Assembly (NCBI GenBank): GCA_963666215.2 | Contig: CAXWPL010000005.1 | Coordinates: 1,120,001-1,184,000 of the forward strand | Reading direction: 5' to 3' | Source: Acidobacteriota bacterium | Lineage (GTDB): Bacteria > Acidobacteriota > UBA890 > WLXD01 | DNA: 64,000 bases | Position numbers and translations under genes: made by a program | In this document: one piece after another, positions 38,879-49,747 of the stretch | How the letters are laid out: each line of letters begins with the position of its first letter | How positions within the stretch are numbered: position 1 is the stretch's first letter | The notes under the pieces: model-generated | What the model was told of the DNA's origin: nothing | Seen by the model: only the letters and a program-made list of their open reading frames with translations | Databases searched by the model: none

Positions 38879-39187
38879 ATGGAAGACGCTTCAACGCCTC
38901 AGCCGCATGACTCGTCGGAGGGCCCCGAGATGCGCCGCCTGCTCGAGCCGCTCGAGCTGCAGCGCATCATCGAAGCGGCCATCCCCGACTCCCAGGTGCT
39001 GGTCACAGACCTGACGGGCACGCGCGATCACTACCGCGTGGAGGTGGTGTCGCCGGTGTTCGAGGGCAAGCCGCTGGTGCAGCAGCACCAAATTGTCTAC
39101 CGGGCGGTGGGCGATCACATGACGAACGCCGTACACGCCCTGCAAATCAGGACCGCCGCGAAGATTCCCAAAAACAACCTCCCGTAA
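38879..39187 (+). CDS. bolA: BolA family protein
   Basis: DHY..EVVS..FEGK..VQQHQIVY...VHAL. Confidence 0.88.
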   Translation: MEDASTPQPHDSSEGPEMRRLLEPLELQRIIEAAIPDSQVLVTDLTGTRDHYRVEVVSPVFEGKPLVQQHQIVYRAVGDHMTNAVHALQIRTAAKIPKNNLP

Positions 39188-39208
39188 CTCGATACCAGAG
39201 AGCTGAAG

Positions 39209-39586
39209 ATGATCGAAGCCCTGCAAGAGCAAATCAAACAAGAAATCGCCGGTAGCCGCGTGCACCTCTACATGAAGGGCACACCCGACATGCCGCAGTG
39301 CGGGTTTTCAAAGGCCTCCTGCGACGTGTTTCGCGCCATCGGCGTCGACTTCACCGCCACCAACGTTCTCTTGAATCTCGACGGCTATCGAGCGGCGCTT
39401 GGCGCGATGACCAGCTGGCCAACGATTCCGCAAATCTTCGTCGACGGCGAGTTCATCGGTGGCTCCGACATCCTGATCGAGATGTTCCAAAAGGGCGAGA
39501 TCCAGCAGATGCTGGCCACGACGGGTTCGGCGGCTGCCGACACCGAGCAGGCTGAGCCGGAGGCCGCCGCGCAGCCAGCGCACTAA
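39209..39586 (+). CDS. grxD: Monothiol glutaredoxin (Grx4)
   Basis: MKGTP..PQCGFS, WPTIPQ, GGSDI. Confidence 0.93.
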   Translation: MIEALQEQIKQEIAGSRVHLYMKGTPDMPQCGFSKASCDVFRAIGVDFTATNVLLNLDGYRAALGAMTSWPTIPQIFVDGEFIGGSDILIEMFQKGEIQQMLATTGSAAADTEQAEPEAAAQPAH

Positions 39587-39635
39587 GTACCCTGGGCAAG
39601 AGTCTGGAGCCCGAGCCGAGAAACAGAGGCCCATC

Positions 39636-40511
39636 GTGCCGCGGCTGGCCGTCCTACTCGAGGCAGCACGGGCGTTCGGCCTGGCTCTGTTGTCGGCAGC
39701 CAAGCGCTTCTGGGTGCACAACTGCTTCAACGACTGCGCCGCGATCTCTTTCTACGCGATGCTGTCGATTGTTCCCTTCGTGGGACTCGCCACCGCTGTG
39801 GTCACACGGCTGATCGGCCAGCCAGCCTCGGCCATCGGCACCCAGTTGCAGCGAGCTGGCGTGGTGATGCCTGAGTTTGCACCCCAGCTCGACGCCGCCG
39901 TCGATACGATGATGCGGCAGAGTACGAGCATCGGGATTGTGTCGCTCGTCGTCGCCATCTGGTTTTCGGGGCTGGTGTTCTCCTCCGTGCAGACCGCCTT
40001 CGACCGCATCTTCCACACCACCCACCCGCCGATTTGGGGCACCATCAAGCCGCGCTTGGTGGCACTCGGCGCGGCGGTGCTACTGATTCTGGGGTTCTTC
40101 TTCAACACCGCCATGTCGCTGCTGCGCAGCGTCGATCAGCCGACCGCGACGCGCGCGATCACCTTCGTTGACAACCTGCCATATCGCGCCCTGCTGTCGT
40201 CGTTCCTGCTCGACGCGCTGGTCTTCATGGTGATCCTGTACGCGCTGCCACCGCTGAAAACGAGACCGAGATCGATCATCGTCTCGTCGCTCGTGGGAAC
40301 GCTCGGGTGGCGTGCTGCGCGCGTCGGCTTTGGCTACTACCTGGGCTACGCAACCTCACAGATCACGTTCACGGGCTCGGCTGCCGCGGCGCTGATCTTC
40401 ATGCTGTGGATCTACTACGCCGCCTTCGTCCTGCTCTTCTCGGCCGAGCTACTGGCCGCGCTCGATCGCAGCCGGCGAGAGCTGCAGAACGCTCCGATGC
40501 CGGCGATCTGA
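39636..40511 (+). CDS. YihY/BrkB family membrane protein
   Basis: AAISFYAMLS, GS..A...FMLWIYY..LL..AEL. Confidence 0.85.
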   Translation: MPRLAVLLEAARAFGLALLSAAKRFWVHNCFNDCAAISFYAMLSIVPFVGLATAVVTRLIGQPASAIGTQLQRAGVVMPEFAPQLDAAVDTMMRQSTSIGIVSLVVAIWFSGLVFSSVQTAFDRIFHTTHPPIWGTIKPRLVALGAAVLLILGFFFNTAMSLLRSVDQPTATRAITFVDNLPYRALLSSFLLDALVFMVILYALPPLKTRPRSIIVSSLVGTLGWRAARVGFGYYLGYATSQITFTGSAAAALIFMLWIYYAAFVLLFSAELLAALDRSRRELQNAPMPAI

Positions 40512-40554
40512 AGGTGTGACCATGCGGCGGCACGCCGCTGACTGAGAGGTAGCG

Positions 40555-41400
40555 ATGGCGTACCAACATCTGGCCGGCAAAGTGGCTCTCGTTACCGGAG
40601 CGTCGGCGGGCATCGGCCGGGCGATCGCCGTTGAGCTTGCCCGCCGCACCGGCAAGGTGGCGTTGCTGGCGCGGCGGCGCGAGCGACTGCAGGAGCTGGC
40701 AGCGCAGATCGACGGCGTGGGCGGCGAATCGCTCGTGGTCGCCGGCGACGTCACCGATGACAACAGCGTCGCCGCCGCGGTCGCGGCCGTCGTCGACTCC
40801 TGGGGACGAATCGACATCCTGGTGAACAACGCCGGCGCCGGAATGGTGGGGCCCCTCGAGACGGCGCCCGTCGCCGACGCCATGGCTCTCTTCAACCTCA
40901 ATGTCATCGGCGGCCTGCGCACGATTCGCGAGGTCGTGCCGATCATGCGCCGTCAAGGTGAAAGCGCAGGTGGAGGCGCCGGGGCGATCGTGCAGATCGC
41001 CTCGGGCGCGGGCGTCATCGGCATGCCGTTCAATGCCGTCTACAGCGGCACGAAGTTCGCCAACGTCGGCATGGCGCAGGCGCTCCGACTCGAGCTGCAG
41101 AAGACGGGCATCACCGTGCATTGCGTGTACCCCGTGGGCACCGAGACCGAGTTCCTCGAAGCCGCCACGCACCACATGGAGGGCCAGGAGTCTCGCCGCT
41201 TTTTCTCGAGCCGCACCTCAGGCAAGCAAACAGCCGAGCACGTCGCCGTCTGCACGGTTCGGGGAGTTGCCCGCGGAACGGCCGATATTTATCCCTACCC
41301 GCCGGTGCGAGCTATGCGGCTCCTGCAAGGGATCGCCCCGCGACTCACGGAGCGCCTCTCCGGGGTGGTCGCGTACCGCGACCGCCTGGCTGGCGACTGA
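40555..41400 (+). CDS. SDR family oxidoreductase
   Basis: TGASAGIG, NNAG, YSGTK. Confidence 0.93.
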   Translation: MAYQHLAGKVALVTGASAGIGRAIAVELARRTGKVALLARRRERLQELAAQIDGVGGESLVVAGDVTDDNSVAAAVAAVVDSWGRIDILVNNAGAGMVGPLETAPVADAMALFNLNVIGGLRTIREVVPIMRRQGESAGGGAGAIVQIASGAGVIGMPFNAVYSGTKFANVGMAQALRLELQKTGITVHCVYPVGTETEFLEAATHHMEGQESRRFFSSRTSGKQTAEHVAVCTVRGVARGTADIYPYPPVRAMRLLQGIAPRLTERLSGVVAYRDRLAGD

Positions 41401-41499
41401 CCCGCTCACGAGCTCTCGTGATGCCGCCCACTCCGAGCCAGGGCTGACTTCCCTCGATCGCGGCTCGACTCCGATCCGCAGCGGAGTCTGCGCCAGTAC

Positions 41500-42039
41500 C
41501 TAGTTGGGCCTGGAGCCCTCGAACGTCACGATCGCGGGCTTCCAGCCCATCGGCTCGGCGGCTATGCCGTGCTCGAGGCTTACGATCTCGGCCCGCTCCG
41601 GCGTGAACTCGATGAGCACGTAGTCGTCGCCGCGGTTGGTGTCGAGATAGAAGGCGTCCCATTCGGGTTTCCAGTGGCTCGCCTTGTCATCGGGGTTGTC
41701 GATGATACGAGCACTGCCTATGAGCGTAACGTAGCCGCCGCCCGCGCGATCGAGGTAGTAGAGCGTGGCCCGCCGGTCGGCGCGGAGTTGGGCGACTTTC
41801 CGTGTGCCGCCGTTCGTTGCCATCCAGACTGTCAGGTCGCTCTCAGGAGGGAACGGATCCATGGCCCGGGCCTTCGGCTGTCCAGATTCGTCGAGCGTGA
41901 TCAGGGCGCAGTTGCCAGCGGCGATCATCACCGCGCGGGTCACGGAAACCAGATCGTCTCGCTGCTGCTGGGGCATCGGGGCCTCCTGAGCCGACAGGCC
42001 AAGGAGTAGGGCCGGTGTCGCGAGCGCAAGCGCGCTCAC
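41500..42039 (-). CDS. Pyridoxamine 5'-phosphate oxidase-like FMN-binding protein
   Basis: ARAM, WMAT...TRKV, YVTLIG; signal-like N-terminus; GTG overlaps the upstream stop. Confidence 0.8.
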   Translation of the reverse strand: MSALALATPALLLGLSAQEAPMPQQQRDDLVSVTRAVMIAAGNCALITLDESGQPKARAMDPFPPESDLTVWMATNGGTRKVAQLRADRRATLYYLDRAGGGYVTLIGSARIIDNPDDKASHWKPEWDAFYLDTNRGDDYVLIEFTPERAEIVSLEHGIAAEPMGWKPAIVTFEGSRPN

Positions 42040-43631
42040 GGAGCGGAATCGATTGCGGGTGTTTGCACACTCGCGGCGGACTCGAGATTGTCGACGGTGT
42101 CGGAGCTCTCCCCTCGCTCGAAATCCTCGAGAGTCTGAGCGATTGCCGCCCGAATGTCGTCGAGCGCCATTTGCATGCGATCCATGTGAGTCCGCATCGA
42201 AACGACGCAAACACGAATGACGAAGGCTCCATCGAGCAACGTGGCTGTGAGGTACACCCGCCCGCGCGCGTTGATGCGGGCCATGAGGTCGCGATTGAGC
42301 CCGTTGAGCACTCCGAGCGAGGCCCGATCACTGCCGTCGATCCCTGGTGGGACCAGGCGCCACGCGGTGACCGTGACCTGAGGAGCCGCAACGATCTCGA
42401 CGTGGTCGGTCTCCGTCAGCCGCGCCGCGATCCAGTCGCTGAGGTCTAACTTCTCGTCGAGGGCTGCTCGGAAAGAGCCGAGGCCGTATAACTTCATCGG
42501 CAGCCAGACGCGGAGGCCGCGGAAGCCGCGCGAGAGCTCGGGCGAGATCTCGCAAAAATCGACCAGGTCGGGGTCGTCTTGAATCGTCGGCATATAGTCG
42601 GCACTCACCGAATGAGCGCGCCGCAGAGCCTCGCCATCACGCACCAGCAGGCAGCCCGATCCATACGGCAAGAAAAGCGTCTTGTGCGAGTCGAGCACGA
42701 GCGAGTCGGCTCGTTCGAGACCTTGCAAGAAATTGCGGCCACGTTCGGTCATCGCGAAAAAGCCGCCGTACGACGCGTCAACATGCAGCCAGAGACTCTC
42801 GGCAGCCGCCAGATCGGCAAGCTCGGGCAGCGGATCGACGGCGCCAGAGTTGGTCGTGCCGGCGTTGCCAACAATGAGGAAGGGCTGCCAGCCATCGGCG
42901 CGGTCGCGCGCGATCGCTTCGGCCATCGCGCCGGCGTGCGCACGAAAAGCCTCGTCGCTGGGGACCGATCGTACGTTCCCGGGCGGGAACCCTGCGAGCA
43001 TCGCGGCCTTGAGCACCGAGTGGTGAGTTTGGTCGGAAACGTAAATCGTGCCGCGCAGAAAATCGTCGGGCAAGCGCTCGCGCCGTGCCGTGGCGATGCC
43101 CGAGAAGTTGGCGAGCGACCCGCCGGAGGTCAGAAAACCGCGTGCCTCGGGCGGATAGCCGACGATCTCGCCGAACCAGCGCACGACGTTGGCCTCCAGC
43201 TGCGCCAGTGCGGGGGCGGCGGCGAACACACCCACGTAACGGTTGACCGCGTCGGCGATGAAGGCGGCTAGCGCCGAGGCGAACAGGCCTCCCCCGGGAA
43301 TGTAGGCGAGGTACCCGGGCGACGCCGTGTTGAACGACTTGGGGATCGCACGGTCGAAAAGAAGCTCGAGCAGCGGGCCCAGATCGGATCCGAGCTCAGG
43401 AACCGACTCGCGGAGCGCGCGCGCCACCTCCTCTGCGCCATCGACGTTGGCAGCGCGCTGCTCGCCGAGTGACGCGATGTGCGGCAGCACACGGGCGACG
43501 GCGGTGTCGACGAGACAGCGCATCTCCTCGAGATCGGGCTCGAGCGCGTCCCAGCCACGACCGGCTGGAGGCGACCGTTCGCCCTCGTCTGTTTCGCCCG
43601 CCACACCGGCGGCAACCGTGGCCTCTCGCAT
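42036..43631 (-). CDS. PLP-dependent aromatic amino acid decarboxylase family
   Basis: SGGSLAN, HHSV.KA, AGTTNSGAVD, HVDASYGG, DSHK, ELSRGFR. Confidence 0.9.
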   Translation of the reverse strand: MREATVAAGVAGETDEGERSPPAGRGWDALEPDLEEMRCLVDTAVARVLPHIASLGEQRAANVDGAEEVARALRESVPELGSDLGPLLELLFDRAIPKSFNTASPGYLAYIPGGGLFASALAAFIADAVNRYVGVFAAAPALAQLEANVVRWFGEIVGYPPEARGFLTSGGSLANFSGIATARRERLPDDFLRGTIYVSDQTHHSVLKAAMLAGFPPGNVRSVPSDEAFRAHAGAMAEAIARDRADGWQPFLIVGNAGTTNSGAVDPLPELADLAAAESLWLHVDASYGGFFAMTERGRNFLQGLERADSLVLDSHKTLFLPYGSGCLLVRDGEALRRAHSVSADYMPTIQDDPDLVDFCEISPELSRGFRGLRVWLPMKLYGLGSFRAALDEKLDLSDWIAARLTETDHVEIVAAPQVTVTAWRLVPPGIDGSDRASLGVLNGLNRDLMARINARGRVYLTATLLDGAFVIRVCVVSMRTHMDRMQMALDDIRAAIAQTLEDFERGESSDTVDNLESAASVQTPAIDSAP

Positions 43632-43660
43632 GAGGCCGTATCTTCTACTATTGCCTGATC

Positions 43661-44389
43661 ATGTGTGGTCGCTTCACTCTCCGCTCGCCCGCCAACATCC
43701 TCGCCGACTACTTCGGCCTCGACTCGCTCTCCGAGATGGTGCCGCGCTACAACATCGCGCCCACGCAGCCGGTCGGCACGATTGACGTCGACGGTGCGGA
43801 AGACGGTAGGCGCCAATGGAGGGAGCGCCGCTGGGGGCTGATTCCCCACTGGGCCGACGACGCCAAGATCGGCAGTCGCATGATCAACGCGCGTGCCGAA
43901 ACGGTTGACAGTCTGCCGGCGTTCCGCGACAGCTTCCGGCAGCGGCGCTGCGTGGTGCCGGCCGATGGGTTCTACGAGTGGCAGCGAATCGACGATGGCG
44001 GTGGCGGCCGCTCGAGTAACAGGCGGCAGCCGTACTTCCTTCATCTCGCCGACGAGCAGCCCTTCGCCATCGCCGGGCTGTGGGCCAGCTGGCGTAACCG
44101 GCGCAAGGACACCCGTGTCGAGTCCTGCACACTGATCACCGTGCCCGCCAATGAACGTGTAGCCGAGATCCACGGTCGCATGCCGGCCATCCTCGAGCGA
44201 CAGTCGATCGAGGCTTGGCTCAACCCGGAAACGCCCTCGAGCACCCTGCTCGACCTGCTACAACCGTGTCGAGCCGACCGCATCGAAACGCGTCCGGTGA
44301 GCGCGCTGGTGAACAGTCCGCACAACGAATCGGCGGCATGCGTCGATTCGGTTACTGCCGCACCGCGGCCTCTCCGCCTGTTCGACTGA
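43661..44389 (+). CDS. SOS response-associated peptidase (SRAP/YedK)
   Basis: N-terminal MCGRF, INARAET, DGFYEW, H.RMP. Confidence 0.93.
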   Translation: MCGRFTLRSPANILADYFGLDSLSEMVPRYNIAPTQPVGTIDVDGAEDGRRQWRERRWGLIPHWADDAKIGSRMINARAETVDSLPAFRDSFRQRRCVVPADGFYEWQRIDDGGGGRSSNRRQPYFLHLADEQPFAIAGLWASWRNRRKDTRVESCTLITVPANERVAEIHGRMPAILERQSIEAWLNPETPSSTLLDLLQPCRADRIETRPVSALVNSPHNESAACVDSVTAAPRPLRLFD

Positions 44390-44577
44390 GCTGACCAGCC
44401 CGGCCCCCCGGCAGGTCGTGGTGTCCGAACGGCGATGCCATCGGAGCGCGCTTCTGGACGCGTCCGTCCGCGCTCGCCGAGCTCGAGCACTTTTCGGATT
44501 GTCTCGGCCTCGAATCGACGTCTACGCTGCGTATCAGCCCGCAACGGAGACCCGTCACCTGTCCAGTGACCTGCGCT

Positions 44578-45591
44578 ATGCATGAACTCGAGCTATTCGC
44601 GACCTGCCCGGAATCCGCCGAGGACGACACCGACTCGTACTTCCGAGCGGTCGTCGACGCGGCCCGGATGAGCGAAGAGACTGGTCACGCCGGCTTTCTC
44701 ATCGGCGCCGGCTACCACCTGCCCGATCCCTGGCTCGTGGCTCAGGTGGTACTCCAGCACACGGAGCACATTCGCCCGATGATCACGGTACAGCCGGGGA
44801 ACGAGCCTCCCTGGGCCGTGGCAAACCGCGTCGCTTCGTTGGCGAGACTGCACCAGAGGGGCGTTCACCTGCATCTCACCGCCGGAGGGCTGTGCGAGCA
44901 CGGTACATCGCCGAGCGACCCGCTCAATCGCGAGGCACGTTACGACCGCCTCGTCGAGTTCGGCACCATCGTGCGGCAGCTACTGACCGACTCGGAGGCC
45001 ACCGTGTACGAGGGCTCATTCTACCAACTGTCGCATCCGAGCCTGGCCGCGAACATTCCGATTGACCTGCACCCCGAGTTCTTCATGGCGGCAAGCTCAC
45101 GGACCGGCAAGCGCGCAACGCTGACGCTTCACGCAACCTCCATCGAATTGCCCACCATCGGGTCGCCTCGACCAACCGACGAGCCCGCGGACGCCTCAAC
45201 GATGCGCGTGGGTGTGGTGGCGCGCGACACCGAAGCAGGTGCGTGGGATGTCGCTCATCGCCGCTTCCCGACCCACGGAGCCACTCGCGTGCACCGCCGA
45301 CTCGCGGCCACCCTCAGTGACTCGGCTTGGCTCCGACAACTCGCTGAGCTCGGTCACGACGAGGGGAATCAGACGCTCTGGATGACGCCGTTCGAGAGCG
45401 GCCACAGCTGGTGCCCGTATCTGGTCGGCGACTACCGTGCCGTCGCGCGGCACCTACGAGGCTTCATGGAGGCCGGCTGCCGCCGCTTCCTGCTCGACGT
45501 AATTCCCTCGCGCGACGATCTGGCCCACACCCACATCGCCTTCCGCAAGGCGTGGGCGCGACTCGACTCACCGCTCACCATCACCGGCTAG
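44578..45591 (+). CDS. LLM-class flavin-dependent oxidoreductase (divergent)
   Basis: DPWLVAQ, RYDRLVEF, CPYLVG; luciferase-like layout. Confidence 0.75.
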   Translation: MHELELFATCPESAEDDTDSYFRAVVDAARMSEETGHAGFLIGAGYHLPDPWLVAQVVLQHTEHIRPMITVQPGNEPPWAVANRVASLARLHQRGVHLHLTAGGLCEHGTSPSDPLNREARYDRLVEFGTIVRQLLTDSEATVYEGSFYQLSHPSLAANIPIDLHPEFFMAASSRTGKRATLTLHATSIELPTIGSPRPTDEPADASTMRVGVVARDTEAGAWDVAHRRFPTHGATRVHRRLAATLSDSAWLRQLAELGHDEGNQTLWMTPFESGHSWCPYLVGDYRAVARHLRGFMEAGCRRFLLDVIPSRDDLAHTHIAFRKAWARLDSPLTITG

Positions 45592-45628
45592 CGGGCTCAC
45601 GCTGGCCGCCTGCCGGCCCGATTTCGGT

Positions 45629-46669
45629 CTATTGCGGGCGTAGAGCCGTGGCTGCGGCCGCGACAACGGCAGCGGTCACGCCGAGCAGGCCTTCGTCGAG
45701 CTGCAGATACGATTCCTCGCGGCTCAGCTCGCCCGGGTCGAGGCGCTCGAGCATGACGACGTAGACGATCACGTCGTCGCCTTTCTCCCAGAACCCGGTA
45801 TTGATGCGTACTTGCGGGTCGCTCGTGAGAGAGCCTCCCTTGGCGTACTGGCGGCCGAGCTCCGGATCGTCACCGGCACGGAGGATCTCTCGCATCGGTT
45901 CGTAGAGAGCCGGGTCGATCCCGGGGATGTTGCCCGCCGCGATCCCCCGTAGAACAGCGGCAAGCCCTCGCGCTGTCGCCTCGTTGTCGCCGGTGACGTG
46001 GCGAGCAGCGAGCATGTAGCGGCGCGACGCCAGGCCTGCCGCCCACTCCGGAGACCGAGCCCGGAGCCGTTCGGTAACTCGCTCCGGGCCACCGAGAGCA
46101 GCCGTCACAACGTTAGCGGCTGCGTTGTAGACAACATTGGGCACATCATCGCCGCGAATCATCGTGCGCGCGATCTGCCGAGTATCCGCAAACTCGAGGT
46201 GACTCTTGATTTCCGCCCGTTGGGCGTCGTCGAAATGCACCACGGCAGGATGACTGGCGTCGTTGACGACCGATGCAACGATGTCGAGCCGCTGGTCGAG
46301 CCCCATCTCGAGCCCGGCGTCGTCGGCCGTGCGCCCGACCATGTCGAACAACTCGACCATATAAGCCGACTTGATCGCACTCGCGGATGCTCGCCAGACA
46401 TCCGCGTTGCGCTCATACCAGGCCTCGTCCTCGACGCCACCGACCCACACACTGACCTCGATGCCCGACTGGTAGCCGGCGAGAATCGTCGCGATCTCGG
46501 CGTCGAGCGTAGCGGCGTCGCCCGTCGTGGAGTTGAGGCGCGGCGCGGCAGGGTCGGGAGTTGCTGGGATTGGCGGCGCCTGCGCGGTGCCGCAGCCAAC
46601 CAGGAACGCCGCGCACACCGAGCCAAGTACGGCGGAACAACTTGCCCTTGTGAGTTGGCTCGCCGGCAC
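45629..46669 (-). CDS. Class A beta-lactamase-like serine hydrolase lipoprotein
   Basis: LVGC lipobox, SAIK (SxxK), N.AAN, NEATA, KGG. Confidence 0.75.
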   Translation of the reverse strand: MPASQLTRASCSAVLGSVCAAFLVGCGTAQAPPIPATPDPAAPRLNSTTGDAATLDAEIATILAGYQSGIEVSVWVGGVEDEAWYERNADVWRASASAIKSAYMVELFDMVGRTADDAGLEMGLDQRLDIVASVVNDASHPAVVHFDDAQRAEIKSHLEFADTRQIARTMIRGDDVPNVVYNAAANVVTAALGGPERVTERLRARSPEWAAGLASRRYMLAARHVTGDNEATARGLAAVLRGIAAGNIPGIDPALYEPMREILRAGDDPELGRQYAKGGSLTSDPQVRINTGFWEKGDDVIVYVVMLERLDPGELSREESYLQLDEGLLGVTAAVVAAAATALRPQ

Positions 46670-47934
46670 TCAGCTCGCCCCGTGATAGCGACGGGAAGCG
46701 TCGCCGCTCTGGCCCTGGCCCTCGAGTGGCGGGCCCTCTGGTGGCCAGCGCCCCGACTCGAAGTCGAGCCAGCGCGCAAACAAAGCGTTGGAGTAGTCCA
46801 GCATCAGCTTGTCACCCTCTTCGAGGGTTCGGACGGTCTCCACGAGCACCCTGGGATAGCCGCCGCGGGCCACCGTGATGAGCTCGATGGCGCCGTCGTA
46901 GGCCGCTTGGTAGTCGGTGGCGACGAAACGCACCGTGTCGTCGGCGTAGTCGATGCCAGGAACGCCGTCGAGCATCGCGAGGCTCGCTGGCGCCACCACG
47001 CGCACGGCGGCATCGATGGGCGTGGTGAGCGTCATGGCTCGAGCGGCAGCGCGATTGCCGATCGCCCGTGCGGCGGCACCTTGCATCTCCGCGTGAACCT
47101 CTTCGACGGGTCGCAGCGCTGCACTCGAGGCGCTGGTGGCCGTCTTCACCGTGACGAATTCGAGCCACGGCATCGTGGCCACGTCGGCGGCAAGCCGATC
47201 GTCGCCGGAGCCGAGATCACCGGCACCCCGACGCGACCCCACGAGTAACCCATGATCTCGGTCTCGGTGATCTCCATGCCGTTCATTTCAATCGCGATGC
47301 CCAGCGTGTAGGTGTGCGAGGCAAACCCACCACTCCCCGTCTTGGCGTGCATGCCCACCACAGCAACCGCGTCGTAGACCCCCGGTTCGACCAGGTCGAC
47401 ATACTGACGGAAGGGGGTTTCTCGAAAGACCATTTGCGCGCGAGCGTCGAGCTCGTCGAGCAGCAGATCGGGCTCCGGGTTGCCGCTGCCGTGCGCGTCG
47501 ACGACATGAACCTCATCGGCGCCGCCCTGATAGAGCCCCGCGATCACCGCGTTCACGTCGTCGGTGAGATAGCGGCGGCCCCTGACATACTTGTCGGGGT
47601 GGGAATATCGGAAGGTCTCGGTGTCGTCCTGGCCGGCCAGCCCTTCCATGTCGTGGTAGACGAGCACGCGCAACACGCCGTCATCGTCGCTGGCGGGATC
47701 GAACAGGGCCCGTCCCGACTCCTGCTCGAGCCCGGTCGCCCCGTCCGGGACCTCCGATGTATCCGACGACCCGGGCTGGTTTGATGCGAGCTCCACCACG
47801 GTCTCGGGCGCGCAGGCCGAACTGAACCCGGCCATCAGTGCGAGAGCCGCGACCGCGACCCGCCGCGCCGACGTGGCGTCAGCTCGGTCCGCACCTCGCC
47901 GGAGAGCGTTAGCGGCGCTATTCGTTCGCGGCAC
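46670..47934 (-). pseudogene. M55 (DppA) D-aminopeptidase lipoprotein, 1-bp frameshift near 47214
   Basis: DMEG, DAHG, GMHA, SHT; GVPVI then GSGDD continues in another frame. Confidence 0.8.
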
Positions 47935-48387
47935 GTCGTTGAATCTCCTTGTCGAGGCTCGAGAGCGCCTGCTTGGTCAGCATGCGCCCAGTGGTCTCGA
48001 GCAGTCGTTGCCCCAGTCCCGCGATGCGACCGCCGATCTGCACTTCGACGGCGTAGCGCATCAAGGTCGCCTCGGCTTCGCTTTCCCGTCGTCAACCGCT
48101 TCGAGCCGAATCTCGCCCTCTCCTTCCATGAACCCAACCGGGCCCCGACCCGACATCTTCATGCGATACGACTCCGGTGCGCGCAGCTCCGAGAGCGCCA
48201 CGCCGCCCTCGAACTTGCCCTGCACCGGACCGATGCGCATCCCTAGCGACCCCGAGTACTCGTTCTCCGCCGTCTGCTCGAGCTTGCCGAAGCCCGGCAG
48301 CGTGGAGCCCAAAACCTCGGGATCGAGCAACGCCTCCCAAACCCTCCGGCGTGGCGCCTCGAATCGATGTTGCCCGCCGATCTTCAT
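47918..48387 (-). pseudogene. CoxG/SRPBCC protein, 1-bp frameshift near 48085
   Basis: VWEALLDPEVL..LPG, IGPVQG.F; continues in a shifted frame as TLMRYAVEVQIGGRIAGLGQRLL...*. Confidence 0.8.
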
Positions 48388-48426
48388 GGCCGCGCATGTT
48401 AGTCGATGCCGTACACTCGGGCACCG

Positions 48427-49746
48427 ATGAGGGTCAAACCCCTCTACCGCATCGATGAGCGCCCACCAACATGGTGGGAGTCGCTGCTGTACGGCTGGCA
48501 GCACACGCTGGTCGACATCTCGCCTTTCGTGCTGCCGCTGGCGGTCGCCGGAGCGCTCGGAATGAACGCCAGCGAGCGCGCCGAGCTGATCAACTTCTCC
48601 CTCGTCGGGATGGGACTCGCGACGCTCATCCAGACGACGATCGGCAACCGCCTGCCCATCATCCAGGGGCCGTCGGCGACGCTCATCGGCACCCTGGCGC
48701 CGGTGGCGGGACAGCTGGGGGCGCCGGCGATGTGGGGCGGTGTGTTCCTCGGTGCCCTGGCCGAGACGGCGATCGGCGCTTCCAGGACACTAGGCTCGCT
48801 GCGACGGCTCTTCCCGCCAGTGGTATCCGGCGTGGTCATCCTGAGTATCGGACTCTCGCTCGGCCAGCTCGCGGTAAGGCTTTCGGTAGGCGACGGATCG
48901 AGCGCCAACTTCGCCTTCGCGGCGGCCGTCATCACGCTGGTTCTGTTGCTTCAGGTTGGCGGGCGCAACGTGCTCGGCGGCATCCTGTCGCGCGCGGCGA
49001 TCTTCATCGTTATCTGGACGGTCGGCCTCGGTGTTGGCGGCCTGCTGGGCAAGGTTGATTGGGCGCTCGTGTCCGCGAAACCCTGGTTCCAGCTGCCGCG
49101 GCTGTTTCCGTACGGCGGCCCCGGCTTCGGCTGGGAGCTCGGATTCGCCGCAACCCTCGCCGTCTTCGCGGGTTTCTTCGGCTCGATGGTCGAGTCGATT
49201 GGCGACTATGTCGCCACCTGCTCGGTGGCCGGCGAGCGCTTCGAAAACCGCCACATGAACCGCGGGATCTTCGCCGAGGGTCTGGGTTGTCTGCTCGCCG
49301 CCTGCCTCGGCGACCTGCCGTGCACGAGCTACACGCAGAACGTCGGCATCATCGCGACGACCCGCGTGGCGAGTCGTCACGTCGTCCGGGTCGCCGCGCT
49401 GATACTGCTCGCCTATGGACTCTGTCCAAAATTCGGCGCGCTGCTCGTCGCCATGCCGAGGCCGGTGCTCGGCGGCGTGTTCGTGATCGTCTGCGCCATG
49501 ATCTGCGCCACCGGGATTCGCATTCTCGCTCCGGCGCTCGAGAGCACGGCGAGCCAACTGACGGTCGGCGTCACGCTGGTGCTCAGCGTGTGCCTGCCGC
49601 TCTATGTGCAGAGCCGCCTGGGTCCAGACTGGCTGCAAACGCTACCCGATCTCGCGAGCCTGCTGCTGACGAATGCCGTTGTCCTGGCGGTGCTGACGGC
49701 GGTCGGGCTCAACGCACTGCTCGGCGAGCACGAACCCCACGCCTAG
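48427..49746 (+). CDS. NCS2 uracil/xanthine permease
   Basis: QH motif, ESIGD, SYTQNVG, P.PVLGG. Confidence 0.9.
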   Translation: MRVKPLYRIDERPPTWWESLLYGWQHTLVDISPFVLPLAVAGALGMNASERAELINFSLVGMGLATLIQTTIGNRLPIIQGPSATLIGTLAPVAGQLGAPAMWGGVFLGALAETAIGASRTLGSLRRLFPPVVSGVVILSIGLSLGQLAVRLSVGDGSSANFAFAAAVITLVLLLQVGGRNVLGGILSRAAIFIVIWTVGLGVGGLLGKVDWALVSAKPWFQLPRLFPYGGPGFGWELGFAATLAVFAGFFGSMVESIGDYVATCSVAGERFENRHMNRGIFAEGLGCLLAACLGDLPCTSYTQNVGIIATTRVASRHVVRVAALILLAYGLCPKFGALLVAMPRPVLGGVFVIVCAMICATGIRILAPALESTASQLTVGVTLVLSVCLPLYVQSRLGPDWLQTLPDLASLLLTNAVVLAVLTAVGLNALLGEHEPHA

Positions 49747-49747
49747 C

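Noticed and set aside
45629-46669. Bona fide antibiotic-resistance beta-lactamase
   Set aside because: SxxK is present but the SDN and KTG equivalents are altered; only the fold-level call is supportable.
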